A DNA stretch of 64,000 bases from Octopus vulgaris (Eukaryota), in NCBI GenBank assembly GCA_951406725.2, contig OX597834.1, positions 15,996,001 through 16,060,000 on the forward strand, written 5' to 3'. The position numbers and the translations under genes were made by a program. The notes below the pieces were generated by a model. The model made no database searches and had not been told where the DNA came from. It was given only the letters and a program-made list of their open reading frames with translations. Shown piece after piece: positions 28,152 through 41,204 of the stretch. Each line of letters starts with the position of its first letter. The stretch's first letter is position 1.

Positions 28152-28346
28152 TAAAATGAGGAGAATGAAGAATTTGGACATTCAAACTCTTTGTTTATTT
28201 CCAGTTAGAAAAGTCCTGACACCTGTTTCGATCACACCAATCGAACCAATATACGATTGGTGTGATCGAAACACGCGTAGGATTTTCTTTCTAACTGGAA
28301 ATAACTGAAAAGTTTGATGTTCAAATTCTTCATTCTCCTCATTTTA
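28152..28346. repeat. Foldback element with about 90-bp arms carrying a hammerhead 3' half
   Basis: The arms are reverse complements. GATC-GAAA-CAGGTG-TC-AGGAC (left arm, minus strand) and GATC-GAAA-CACGCG-TA-GGA (right arm) lie near the axis. Confidence 0.8.
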
Positions 28347-28389
28347 ATATATATAGATATAGATATATATATATATATACTTGGACACA

Positions 28390-28805
28390 GAAGTGGCTGT
28401 GTGGTAAGAAGCTTGCTTCCCAACCACATGGTTCCAGGTTCAGTCTTGCAGCATGGCACCTTGGGCAAATATCTTCTACTATAGCCTTGGGCTGACCAAA
28501 GCCTTGTGAGTGGATTTGGTAGACAGAAACTGAAAGAAGCCCATCATGTGTGTGTGTGTATGTATGTATGTATGTATGTATGTATGTACGCATGTATTTG
28601 TGTGTTTGTATCTGTTTGTCCTCCAACCATCACTTGACAACTGATGTTGTAGTGTTTACATCCCAGTAACTTAGCAGTTCGGCAGAAGAGACCAATAGAA
28701 TAAATACTGGGCTTACAAAGAATGAGTGCTGGAGTCTTATTTGTTCAACTAAAGGCATTGCTCCAGCATGGCCACATTCAAAATGACTGAAACAGGTAAA
28801 AGAGA
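28390..28805 (+). mobile_element. SINE family A
   Basis: Family match; an inverted partner lies at 29075-29410. Confidence 0.85.
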
Positions 28806-29074
28806 GAGTGACAGCATCTATGATGATTTTTCCAGCTACCCTTTCTCGGACAGTTCAATGAAGGCTTGCAGGCCAACACTTCAAAGTTATTGTCACCTTG
28901 CAGGTGCATAAGACACACATATTCTCCTTAATTGTTTTACTGGTTTCAGCCATAGGACTGTGGCCATGGAGTACCTTCTTCAAGAGTTTAATCAATCATG
29001 CAAGCCCTGTAATTATTTCATATTCATTCTTATTTTACCAATTTAGTTTTTTTTCACAAGTTTTTTCATATTTT

Positions 29075-29410
29075 GTTTTTTACTTGTTTCAGCCATTTCA
29101 CTGTGGCCATGCTGGAGCACTGCTTTTTAAGGGCTTTTAATCAAAGAAAATCATCCCAGGACTTGTTCTTTGTTTTTGCTAAACTAGGGATGTAAACACA
29201 CTAACACCGGTTGTCAAGTGGTGATGGGTGGACAAACATAGACACAAAGACACACACACAAACATATATATAGATATATGTGATGGGCCTCTCAGCTTCC
29301 ATCTATGAAATCCACTCACAAGGCTTTGGTTGACCCGAGGCTATAGCAGAAGACGACTGACCAAGGTGCCAAGCAGTGGGGCTGAACTCGGAACCGTATG
29401 GCTTGGAACG
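29075..29410 (-). mobile_element. SINE family A, divergent
   Basis: Family match. Confidence 0.8.
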
Positions 29411-29759
29411 TTTTGAAACAAACACACACACACACACTGGATTTTTACACTGCTTCCACCTACGCAATTCTATGCGCCAGGCATTGCTCAGCTTGTGTAT
29501 ATATGTGTTGTATTGAATATGCATATATATATATATGTGTGTGTGTGTGTGTATATATGTATATATATGTGTGTCACATGTATATTAAGCACATGTACAC
29601 ACACACACATACACACACACATATATTTATAAGAACCAAATGGTAAATGGTGCAGTAAAGCAACAAAAAAATCACAGACAGCTCTCAAAGATTACTTCTG
29701 CAATGAACCTAACCAATGATTTCAAAACAGCAAAAAGGAAAAAAAAAATTCTTCAACCG

Positions 29760-30169
29760 ATACCACCACCACCACCACAACCACAACCACCACAACCACA
29801 ACCACCACAACCACAACCACCACCACCACCACAACTACAACCACTACTGCTATTATAACTGCAGCCAGATGTAGCACCACAATACTACCACCACCATTAC
29901 TGCTGCTGCTGCTATTACTACTACTACCACCACCACTATTATTACTATCACAACCAACACTACTACTACAGCCAACACTACTGCTGCTACAACTACTACT
30001 ACTACTACCACCATTACCATTACTATTATTACTACCACCACCAACACTACTACTACTACCAACACCATTGCTGCTACAACTACTACTACTACTACCACCA
30101 CCATTACCATTACTATTATTACTACCACCACCAACACTACTACTACTACTACCAACACCATTGCTGCTG

Positions 30170-30202
<33 letters not shown>

Positions 30203-30580
30203 TTACCACCACCACCACCACTATTATTACTATCACAACCAACACTACTACTACAGCCAACACTACTGCTGCTACAACTACTACTACTACTACCACCACC
30301 ATTACCATTACTATTATTACTACCACCACCAACACTACTACTACTACTACCAACACCATTGCTGCTACTACTACTGCTACTACTACTACTACTACTACTA
30401 CCACAACCACCACCACCACCACTACTATTACTATCACAACCAACACTACTACTACTACAGCCAACACTACTGCTGCTACAACTACTACTACTACTACCAC
30501 CACCATCACCATTACTATTATTACTACCACCACCAACACTACTACTACTACTACCAACACCATTGCTGCTACTACTACTG

Positions 30581-30611
<31 letters not shown>

Positions 30612-30778
30612 CACCACCACCACTACTATTACTATCACAACCAACACTACTACTACAGCCAACACTACTGCTGCTACAACTACTACTACTACTACCACCA
30701 CCATTACCATTACTATTATTACTACCACCACCAACACTACTACTACTACTACCAACACCATTGCTGCTACTACTACTG

Positions 30779-30809
<31 letters not shown>

Positions 30810-31319
30810 CACCACCACCACTACTATTACTATCACAACCAACACTACTACTACTACAGCCAACACTACTGCTGCTACAACTACTACTACTACTACCACC
30901 ACCATTACCATTACTATTATTACTACCACCACCAACACTACTACTACTACTACCAACACCATTGCTGCTACTACTACTACTACTGCTACTACTACTACTA
31001 CTACCACCATTGCTGCTACTACTGCTACTGCCACTACCACCACCACCATTACTAATATTACTAATACTACCACCACTACCACCATCATCACTACTACCAC
31101 CACCATCATTACTAGTACTACTACTACTACTACTACAATAATTACTACAACCACCATCATCACTACTACCCCCACTATCATTACTAATATTACTACTACT
31201 ACTACAATAATTACTACAACCACCATCAGCATTACTGCTACTACTACTACTACTACTATTACTACCACCACCACTATTATCACTACTACTACTACAATTA
31301 CTACAACCATCACCAGCAT

Positions 31320-31356
<37 letters not shown>

Positions 31357-31390
31357 GCTGCTGCTGCTACTACTGATGTAACTACTATGG
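29760..31390. repeat. (ACT/ACC/ATT/GCT)n compound trinucleotide repeat with an about 180-bp higher-order unit
   Basis: ACTATCACAACCAACACTACT recurs near 29945, 30230, 30430, 30630 and 30830. Confidence 0.9.
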
Positions 31391-32480
31391 CCATGAATAT
31401 TACAAGAAATGTACAGGTTGCGAAATGGTTTTATTTTGGTTTTTGTTTGTTTCAGTGAATCTAGAGAAGAAGAAAAAAAAAACGAGCAAAAAGACTAATG
31501 AATGAGACTAAATGTGAAGTGTGATTGACAAGCAATGCCCAGTCTGCGACCTTAGTGTCTGAGAGGATATTTAGAGGGAGGAGGAGGGAGGTGTGAGAGA
31601 GGAGGAAGAGGAAGAGAGAGTAAGAATGAGGGACTGAGATAGGTGGAGAGAAGTGAGAGGAAGTGAGAGGAAGATGGAGAGGTGTGAGAAGGAAGAGGGA
31701 GTAAGAGGGGAGGAGGAGAGAAATGGAGGGAAGAGAGAGTAAGAAAGAGGGACAGAGATAGGAGAGAAGGCAGAGGGAGTGAGAGGAAGATAGAGAGGAG
31801 GGAGAGATGGAGAGGTGTGAGAGGGAAGGGGAAGTAAGAGAGGAGGAGGAGGAGAGAAATGGAGGGAAGAGAGAGTAAGAAAGAGAGACAGAGATAGGAG
31901 AGAAGGCAGAGGGAGTGAGAGGAAGATAGAGAGGAGGGAGAGATAGAGGAAGATGTGAGAGAGAAAGGTGGAGTGAGAGAGGAAGAGGAGAGAGAAATGG
32001 AGGGAAGATTGAGGGAGATAAAAAGAGAGAAGGCAAGGGGAATGAGAGGGAAAGAGAAACTAAGAAAGACAGAGAATGATAGTGAGTAGAGGAGAGAGAC
32101 AAACAAGGAGAGAGGGAGAAGGGGGAGAGAGAAATCGGAAGAGGGAGGAAGGCGTGAGAGAGGGAAGAGGAAGGGGAGAGAAGCAAAGAAAGATAGAGAG
32201 TGATGAAGAGAGGAGAGAGACAAAGAGAGAGAAGAGAGGGAGAAGAAAGAGAGAGAGAGAGAGAGAGACCATTGAGGAAACCTACAGACAAATGAAAAAA
32301 TCACAATGTGGTTGCTTGAACTGCTAAAAACAGAAGCTAAAATCTCCCACAAATTGCACCTACAGTTTGTATATATATAGTTAATCCAAACATGAAAACA
32401 CAAAGAGAAAACACAACAATGCGAGGACGTGGAACAAATATAGTATTATTGGACGCTCAGGAAGGAAGGGAAGAAGGAGG

Positions 32481-32515
32481 GTTTAACGTTTCGAGCGGAG
32501 CTCTTCGTCGGAAAC
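32481..32515 (-). ncRNA. Minimal type-I hammerhead ribozyme motif (U4C variant)
   Basis: Minus strand GTTT-CCGACGA-A-GAGC-tcc-GCTC-GAAA-CG-TT-AAAC. Confidence 0.6.
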
Positions 32516-33694
32516 ATAGGAGAAGGAAAGATCCAGAGAAGGGAAGACAGAGGAAAAAAAAATCGCCAACGGTACACACGCAGTCAAAAGACAGACAGAG
32601 AATAACTTGTTGCATGATTATAAACTTGTCAGAAAAGAGGTGATGGTCAAATATGGAACATAAGCCTAAACAATCAGAGGTGACCTGGAGGTGGGGGGGG
32701 GGGGGCAATGACACCAACGGAGACAAAAGATGAAGAAGAGAAAGGAGAAAAAATTTTTTTTAATTTCTAAGATCGTTTCTTTCTCATGGACCTTTGCTGA
32801 ACCCCCTTTGATGTTCAGTAAGGGTCTAACAGGAGCTTGTGGCTTAATGGTTATGGTACTTGACACAAGATTGTAAGGCTGTGTGTTCAATACCCAGAAG
32901 GTGAGATATGTCCTTGAGCAGGACACTTGCACTGCGTGAGTGCTTTTACAAGGCACCGCACAGGAGCTTTTACGTGTTGCTGCAGAGGAGCTTTCACAAG
33001 GCAGGAGCACAAGTGCTTTACAGGAATGTCCCAGTGAGGGCGGTGGAAAGTTCCAAGGGGCATTGAAGACAATGGGGTGGTGATTCATGTAGAAATTGGG
33101 GCAATTCATGTAAAGACAAAAAAAATGATAGGTTCATTAGGTTAAATTACTTTGAATTTGCTTCAGAAAGAGGTCTATGCTTGTGATGTTTCATTAGGAC
33201 GGGGTACTAGCAATGTGGTCTGGGTGTCAAGGGGGCAGAAGCCCAAAAAATGTTTGGGAACCACTGCTTTACATCACCAGAAGTAATGGTCTTAACACTT
33301 AATACTGCAAAGTATGGGTCTTCTTGAGTTTGGCCAGGCATCAGGTATTTCGGTCCTTTGTCATCTCACCTGAAAGGTTCAGCTGAATCTCCCTGAGAAC
33401 TACATCAAAGGTACACATGCCAGTGGAGTGCTCAGCCACTTGCACGTTAATTTCATGAGCAGGTTGTTCTGTTGATCAGATCAACTGAAGCCCTCATTCT
33501 CATAACTAATGGCATGCCAGTTTACAGGAGTTTACCCTATTTTTCAGTGCCAAGGACACAATTCTCACCCCACAGAATATCATCATCATTATTATCATCA
33601 ACATTTAGTGCCCATATTCCATGCTAGAATGGGTTGCACAGTCTGACAAGACCCAACTGGTCAGAGGACTGTCAAGCACCAATGTCTGTTTTTA

Positions 33695-33913
33695 CAGTAA
33701 TCCCTCACCATATCGAAGTTCACCCATCACAGTTTATCACTTAATCTTACATCGATTCCTCTGTGGTGTTGTTTTGCATATATAATAAAATAAATATATA
33801 CAAATTATAAAAATAATTCTAAAAAATGATACAGTACTGTTTCTACTTTGAGGATTTTCACCTCATGCGTGGGGTTTTGAAACATAGCACCTGCGATAGT
33901 CAGGGAATTACTG
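33695..33913. mobile_element. Tigger/pogo-type MITE
   Basis: TA|CAGTAATCCCT ... AGGGAATTACTG|TA: TIRs with a TA TSD, inserted into a family C element. Confidence 0.75.
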
Positions 33914-34017
33914 TATGTGGTTTCTACAGCCGGATGCCCTTCCTATCACCAACCATTCTACACAGTGTACTGGGTACTTTTTCATGACACTGGCACCAGT
34001 TAGGTCATTAAGAAGCT

Positions 34018-34462
34018 TACATTATTTGCATTCGACAGATATTTGTCTTCATCTTGTTTGTTGTTAACACAATGTTTCGGCTGATATACCCTCCAGCCTT
34101 CTTCAGGTGTCTTGGGGAAATTTCCAACCTGGGTTCTCATTCCTGATGTTATTATTATTATTATTATTATTATTGGTCAGGTCACTGCGTGGAATCGAAG
34201 TCAGAATCTTGGGGTTAGTGGCCCATGCTCTTAACCACTACACCATATGCCCGGAGGCAATTATGGAGTGAATTTTAGGGCTTATAGATCTAATATTATT
34301 CTATCCTTCCTTAATACTGGTTCCCATGTGCTGCTCATATCTGCACTCAGTCTGCTTAGGAGGTTGTTGTGTCCTAGCATATGTGCTGCTGCTTTTAGTT
34401 TTCGTTGAATGTAAATAATGTAAATAATGTACATAATTCCTCATCTCTTAAATATAGAACTG
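34018..34462 (-). mobile_element. Penelope-like element 3' fragment (ORF end, tRNA-like segment, hammerhead, short inverted terminus)
   Basis: 34407-34282 translates QRKLKAAAHMLGHNNLLSRLSADMSSTWEPVLRKDRIILDL*, resembling the PLE GIY-YIG C-terminus (RKLKEAxxI...LNR...WxPxL). A hammerhead lies downstream, and 34018-34036 is repeated inverted at 34404-34422. Confidence 0.7.
34067..34110 (-). ncRNA. Minimal type-I hammerhead ribozyme motif
   Basis: ACAC-CTGAAGA-A-GGCTG-gagggtatat-CAGCC-GAAA-CA-TT-GTGT: intact core, stem I ACAC/GTGT, stem II GGCTG/CAGCC. Confidence 0.75.
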
Positions 34463-34679
34463 CATTATCAAGAAGTTGTAGCGAAAGACTCAATAGAAGT
34501 TTGCCGTTACCTTCTGCCGGAGCCGCGTGGAGCTTAGGTGTTTCGCTCAAAAGCACAGACATCGCCCGGTCTGAGATTCGAACCCGCGATCCCTCGACCG
34601 TGAGTCCGCTGCTCTAACCACTAGGCTATGTGCCTCCACATTAGCTCAAGGTCAGTGAGGTAAGTAGGTTGTGAGTAGA

Positions 34680-34850
34680 CAGACATTTCGTCTGCCGTTA
34701 CGTTCTGAGTTCAAATTCCGCCGAGGTCGACTTTGCCTTTCATCCTTTCGGGGTCGATAAATTAAGTATCAGTTACGCACTGGGGTCGATATAATCGACT
34801 TAATCCATTTGTCTGTCCTTGTTTAGCCCCTTGTGGATAGTAAAGAAATA
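34680..34850 (+). mobile_element. SINE family B, 5'-truncated
   Basis: GAGTTCAAATTCCGCCGAGGTCGACTTTGCCTTTCATCCTTTCGGGGTCGATAAATTAAGTA matches 7453-7683. Confidence 0.85.
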
Positions 34851-35337
34851 GGTGGGTAGGTAGGTAAGTAGGTAGGTAGGTAGGTAGATAGACTGACAGG
34901 TAGCTAGGTAGATTAACGAGTGGTAAGAAAGATTGGTGGCTCAATTGATAGATCACCAGACAGACAGAGGGGTAGATATAAAAATACAGAGAGACAGACA
35001 GACAGACAGATATAATGGTAAATACACAAGATGGCCGCATGGATGGGTAAGTGGGTGGATAACATAATTAAAGTCAGACAGTCAAATTAAACAGTCAAAC
35101 AAATAACGAAGACATGCTGACAGAGAAAGACAATTAAAAAGAGAAGAGGAGAAAAAAAAAGATTGCTGAAAATTATGTCTGTAGTGATTATTGCTGTATT
35201 TAAACAGATTATACCAGAAACAGATTATTAAACAGCGTTAACAGGCATACGGACAGTTAGACTGACAGACAGAATTAACTATGATGGGGGGGGTGTATGA
35301 GAGATAGATAGAGAGAGAGAGAAAGAGAGAGAGAGAA

Positions 35338-35492
<155 letters not shown>

Positions 35493-35501
35493 GAGAGAGA
35501 A

Positions 35502-35562
<61 letters not shown>

Positions 35563-36196
35563 CAGACAAAATATAATTCTTTCTATAGAGATTAATATAA
35601 TCAGAACTGATAATGATGAGAGGAACATAGTTATTGCGATGAGAAATGTGCTGTTCTAAAATACAAACAGACAGACAAACCGGAATGGTGTAAACCATTC
35701 TTTCTACAACACACCAACTGCCCCTCACACATCTCCCGGCCACTGTCCTTCCTCCAAATCATCGTCATACAATGAGGCTGTTAGTTGTGAAGATTCGTAT
35801 TTGCGGCATTTCTCATTTTCAATGTTGTTAGTCTCCTGTCCGAACGGAATATTTACCATGGGGTGGGGTGGAGTGTAATGGGGGGGGGGGGTCTTTCTAA
35901 TGGTGTGTAATTAAAAAAGCTCATTTTCCAAATAAGTAGTCTTGGGTTCAGTTTCATTGCACAGCGGCACCCTGGGCAAGTGCATTCCACTACAGCCCTG
36001 GGCCAGCCAACACCTCATGAGGGAACCAGTGGTGATGACCATCATGTGTGTGTGTGCTTGTATGTATGTGTGTATTTATATATGCACATATACACATATA
36101 TATGTATATGTTAATATATATGTGTATGTGCACATAAGTTTGTAAACATATGCATATATAAATGTGTGTATACATATATACATACACATGTATAAA

Positions 36197-36421
36197 GATG
36201 AATTAAGAAATGGAGTCAAACGCAGGTGTTATTCAAACCATTTATTCTTCTAACATATGTTTCGATGAAAGCATTGAGATTATTCCGGAGGGAATAAAGA
36301 TAATGTAAAACAATTCATTTTTATTCCCTCCGGAATGATCTCAATGCTTTCTTCAAAACATATGTTGGAAGAATAAATGGCTTGAATAACACCTGCATTT
36401 GACTTCATTTCTTAATTTATC
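36197..36421. repeat. Foldback element with about 100-bp arms
   Basis: 36197-36298 is the near reverse complement of 36320-36421. The arms include CATC-GAAA-CATATG-TT-AGAAG, a hammerhead-like 3' half. Confidence 0.85.
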
Positions 36422-36566
36422 CATGTTATACAAAACCCTGGAAATTCTACCTTTATAAGTAGGCTGTAATATCCTTGGCACTTAGGTGAATTTTTGCTAT
36501 CCTGGTAACTATTTATTTATTTTGTCCATGTTATTTGAACACATTGAAAAAAATACATATATATAC

Positions 36567-36606
<40 letters not shown>

Positions 36607-36712
36607 CACACACACATACACACATATAAATGAATACATATGTACATAAACATAAATATATGTATATTTGTGTATACATATGTATATGTGTGTGTGTGTG
36701 TGTGTTTGTATG

Positions 36713-36744
<32 letters not shown>

Positions 36745-36974
36745 ATGTAACTACATTGTTGGATAAGAAAAGACAAAGTTTAGTTCAACTCCTATTGTAG
36801 GAACTAGTAGGAGGAGGTAGAGGAGGAGGGGTAGGAAGATAAAGAGAAGAGGAAGAGCATGTTGAACATATGTGGAATAGTTGCTAGGAGACACAAGCCT
36901 TCAAATGAGCTGTGAAGCGGGTTAATTGGAGGAAGTGTATTCAATTAGATCTACATATACTCAACATGGTATTA

Positions 36975-37435
36975 CACATGTAGCTGTCTGACAGATATTG
37001 CCTTCTGGCATATGTAGCACCCTATAAAACATGTAGCCCTCTCTGACACATATGGGTCTCTTTGACATGAATAGCCATATATGGTACATGTAGCCCTCTT
37101 AAGACACATACAGCCCCTATGACATATGTGGATCTCTATGATATGTGTAGCTCTCTAACACATGCAGCCCCATTATGACATGTAGCTCTCTTATCACACA
37201 TAGCCCTAATATCACATGTAGCCCTCTTATCACACATGCAGCCTCCTATGACATACGTAGCCCTCATGGCATATGTAGCCCTCTATGACACATGCAGCCC
37301 TCTTGTGACACATGTAGACCTCTATGACACATGCAGCCCTCTTGTGGCACATGTAGCTCTCTTGTGACACATGTAGCTCTCTTGTGACACATGCAGTCCT
37401 TTATGACACGTTCAACTTTCTATGACATTTAAGGC
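36975..37435. repeat. Minisatellite, about 21-23-bp unit (GACACATGTAGCCCTCT)
   Basis: About 20 diverged tandem copies are visible. Confidence 0.85.
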
Positions 37436-37953
37436 TCTCTATATACAAACAGACAGGTAGTCATTGGTCTGACACGAGGTTAAGCAACAACAAGAACAAC
37501 ATCAAGAAAAAAAAAAGACACATTTAACTTTATATATATATGTAGTCCTACACAGGCAACAAAATGACAGGACAGTCATGGCTGGAAACAAAAGATTCAT
37601 TGTGGGCTATTTGATTTTTGCCAAAATTCTGACAGCTAAACAACAACAACAACAGCAATAAACATAAATGGCTTTCACCATTGATATTTATTATACCTCA
37701 TTCCTATCACATCACTCGTTATCGTTAATGACTAATGGCAAAGTGTAGGTTATAAAGACCAAAGTAATTTTTGGTGTATTAACATATTTATGGTATTTTT
37801 TTGGTGTGTTTTTTTTTTGTAAAAGAAAAATTATATAAGAAACAATGAAACGAAATAATGTAATAATGCTTAACATATAAGTAATAAAATATCTATTATA
37901 ACACAAGATTGTATTTCATTGACTAGAGAACTGGGTGTATATGTGTGTGTTTA

Positions 37954-37997
<44 letters not shown>

Positions 37998-38043
37998 TAA
38001 AAAAAATGTATGTATTTTTCAGTGAGGGTGTATTCATTTATTT

Positions 38044-38093
<50 letters not shown>

Positions 38094-38959
38094 GTATATA
38101 TATATATATATATATATGCACATAAAAAATGTGTGTATTTTTCAGTGAGGGTGTATTCATTTATTCATATATATATATATATTTATATATATGCATGCAA
38201 TTATATTTTCAGGATGTGTGTGTGCATGTATACACACACACACACACACACACACACAAATATATGTATTTTCTGGGTGTGTATAGAATATATATATACA
38301 TACATATTCTTTTGTGCGAGTATATATCATTTATATATGCATGTAGGAGAGTGTGTGTGTTGTTTGTACATGTGTGTATTGTGTGTGTGTGTGTATTGTT
38401 TATGTATGTTGTTTGTATGCGTGTGTATTATGTGTGTATGTATTGTTTGTGTGTATTTGGGTATTGTTTGTGTGTGTATGTTGTTTGTAAGTCGTTAGAC
38501 AGTACAATGCTTTTCTTCTGAGATTAAACTGTTCAACCACAATAAGAAATTGTTGCATCAATTTTCCACAATACTTTACACACAACTATACAAGTGTTTG
38601 TGTGTTTATATGCTTGTGTTCGTGTGTTTACTGCACACCCATGCATGTGTTTCCTTGGGCCCTCATCTCCTTAGTGGAGTCATAGGGACGCTGTTGCAAC
38701 ATTCAGTATATATCTTGGACACTTTTGTTTACACTAGGTGGAGCCATGAATGCTCTCAGTAATTCACATTAATTATACATATTTCTGTGCATTTACATGC
38801 AGGCATTTATGTATATACACATGTGCATTGCCTTGAACCCTCGACTCCTTAATGGACTCATAGCACACAGCCATGATATATGGTCTGTCGAGGGCCACTT
38901 TTAGACTTGCAGGAGCCAATTCCTCTAAAATCTTACACAAATCTCAGCATTCAAAAAGA

Positions 38960-39112
38960 ATCTGGTACTTTGTAGTTTCAAAGTATAGGAGCTGTCCGAA
39001 TGTATTTAGCAAGTCAACCCATAACACAAAGGTCTTTCCTCCCTCTTTTTTAGCAGGTTGAATAGAGCTAAAACTCCCTGAGCATGCCCAAGACAACCAG
39101 GGAATCCTGGGA
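38960..39112 (-). mobile_element. Degraded reverse-transcriptase fragment of an RLE-type non-LTR element (Hero/NeSL-like)
   Basis: Frameshifted translation PGFPGCLGHA...IQPAKKEG.KDLCV..VDLLNTFG resembles the PGFxGCLEH...AK...DLxVxWLDLxNAFGS motif. Confidence 0.55.
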
Positions 39113-39149
39113 TACTAGGATCTCAACAACACTGTTATCGAGATCCAGA

Positions 39150-39346
39150 GTGAATTGCAGAAGGTCTTTGAGTCACTTACGGAAAATTAATTACTTCCAG
39201 ACCGGATTCCAAAAGTGGCAGGAATGCTGGGACCGATGTGTTGGTGTGCAAGGTGGCTATTTTGAAGGAGATGATGCTAAAACTTTGGTAAACAAGTTAT
39301 TTTTTATTAGATATAACTAGTCCAAGAAACTTTTGACACCACCGCG
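39150..39346 (+). mobile_element. Mariner transposon 3' fragment with right TIR
   Basis: Translates FQTGFQKWQECWDRCVGVQGGYFEGD, a typical mariner C-terminus. It ends ...GAAACTTTTGACACCACCGCG|TA. Confidence 0.85.
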
Positions 39347-39670
39347 TATATATATTACGGAGATGTACTTGCATAGCAAGTGATTTGATCTGAGATCGTG
39401 TGCTGGACCGAAAAACGGATTTTAGCGACGAAAAATATTTTGACAAATTAAACTTAAATGTTGAAGTGAATCGAACGGCTTTTGTTTGTTTCTTAAATGG
39501 CTTATAAACACCTTCCACACTGCAATTGTTCACGTATATATATATATATATAGATAGATAGATATAGGGTAAAAAGTTATCAATTTATAATTAATAAATT
39601 TCACCAAGCAGTTTCGGTATGGAAAGGAACCATATTCGGTAAAAACTTATACAAGAAGTTTTATATATAA

Positions 39671-40070
39671 CTAGCAGTATCGCCCGGTGTTGCTCGGGTT
39701 TGTAAGGGAAATAACTATATAAGCATTTTTAGAGATGTAAAGTATAATAGCCATCTCAATATGGCTAACCACAAAGGGGGGGGGGGTTACTGTAGCTTTT
39801 TACGTTCTGAGATTTAATAATACATTTTTAGAGAGTAACTTCCCTTATATAATAGCCAAATAAATGCATTAAAAATGGGAAAAAATTATGGTAAATTTTT
39901 TTTTTTAATCGTAGACTCATCGTAGACGTGTGCTAATACCCAGAAGAGCTTGATATGAATCACGACTATAAGATACCCGGTTTTGGTTACACTGCACCGC
40001 AAAATGTGGGAGTAGTTAGGAATCTAAATCGTAGAAGACAGACACACAACTTGACTTTTATATATAAAGA
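39671..40070 (-). mobile_element. Non-autonomous Helitron
   Basis: Minus strand A|TCTTTATATATAAAA...CCCGAGCAACACCGGG-CGATACTG-CTAG|T: TC start, subterminal GC hairpin, CTAG end, AT target site. Confidence 0.85.
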
Positions 40071-40071
40071 T

Positions 40072-40303
40072 TATAACAATAATTAAGAGTTTAGCAATAA
40101 GTTGCTTAACCACATACCGAAAAATTTAGAAATAGCAGCCAAAAGGCCGTTATTTCTTTACGCTACAAAATATGACTCCACAGACAACCCTCAGTGGAGT
40201 CATATTTTGCAGCATAAAGAAATAACGGTCTTTTGGCTGCTATTTCTAAATTTTTCGGTATGTGGTTAAGCAACTTGTTGCTAAACCCTTAATTATTGTT
40301 ATA
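40072..40303. repeat. Foldback element with about 110-bp near-perfect arms
   Basis: TATAACAATAATTAAG...ATGACTCCAC / GTGGAGTCAT...CTTAATTATTGTTATA with a loop of about 12 nt. Confidence 0.9.
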
Positions 40304-40468
40304 TACATATATATATATATAGTCCTCCTTCTTTGTTATCTAATTAAATTAAAGGCATACCTATGAAACCCATGATTTTCTCCTTGTTATTATATACATT
40401 TTCTTCTCCTATATATATATATATATATATATCTGTAAAAGTAATATGTGACAATTATTCGATAGCGT

Positions 40469-40529
40469 GATAAAACTCCAAGTTTCGGATACCGAGGTGG
40501 AAATCCATGCCGCCATCTCTTCAGTTATC
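40469..40529 (-). ncRNA. Hammerhead ribozyme-like motif inside an inverted-repeat element (40431-40652)
   Basis: GATAA-CTGAAGA-GATG...TATCC-GAAA-CTtggAG-TT-TTATC: stem I GATAA/TTATC, stem III ACT/AGT. Confidence 0.6.
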
Positions 40530-40744
40530 CGGCCATTGGAAAAAATGCTATGAAAAATGACCATTGTGTGACTGACCGTTATTAAGGCAAAACAGCTATT
40601 TGAATAACTGCTAAGTGGCTACAAAATAATTGTCACGTATTACTTTTACAGATAAATTCCTCTATTTACATAATATCGAGGTCTCTTTCCTTCTTTTGTT
40701 GTCCTACCATTTCTATCAATATACATATTTTTCTTTTCTTTTTT

Positions 40745-41139
40745 TACTTGTTTCAGTCATTTGACTGCGGCCATGCTGGAGCACCACCTTTATTCGAGCA
40801 ACTCGACCCCGGGACTTATTCTTTGTAAGCCCCGTGCTTATTCTATCGGTCTCTTTTGCCGAACCACTAAGTTACGGGGACGTAAACACACCAGCATCGG
40901 TTGTGAAGCGATGTTGGGGGGACAAACGCAGATACACGAACATATATATATATATATATATATACATATATACGAAGGGCTTCTTTCAGTTTCTGTCTAC
41001 CAAATCCACTCCACTCACAAGGCATTGGTCAGCCCGAGGCTATAGTAGAAGACATTTGCCCAAGGTGCCACGCGGTTGGGACTGAACCCGGAACCATGTG
41101 GTTGGTAAACAAGCTACTTACCACACAGCCACTCCTACG

Positions 41140-41142
<3 letters not shown>
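40745..41142 (-). mobile_element. SINE family A, full length
   Basis: Family match. Confidence 0.9.

Positions 41143-41195
<53 letters not shown>

Positions 41196-41204
<9 letters not shown>

Noticed and set aside
29853-31394. 513-aa poly-Val ORF and 357-aa poly-Leu ORF
   Set aside because: Alternative frames of a trinucleotide repeat.
36975-37435. CRISPR-like periodicity (also 16820-17420 and 26801-26930)
   Set aside because: Contiguous diverged tandem units without unique spacers, eukaryotic context and no cas genes.
39598-39655. Hammerhead-like layout TTTACC-GAA-TATGG..CCATA-CC-GAAA-CTGC-TT-GGTGAA (minus strand; paralog near 49812)
   Set aside because: Both copies lack the CUGANGA-equivalent core strand.
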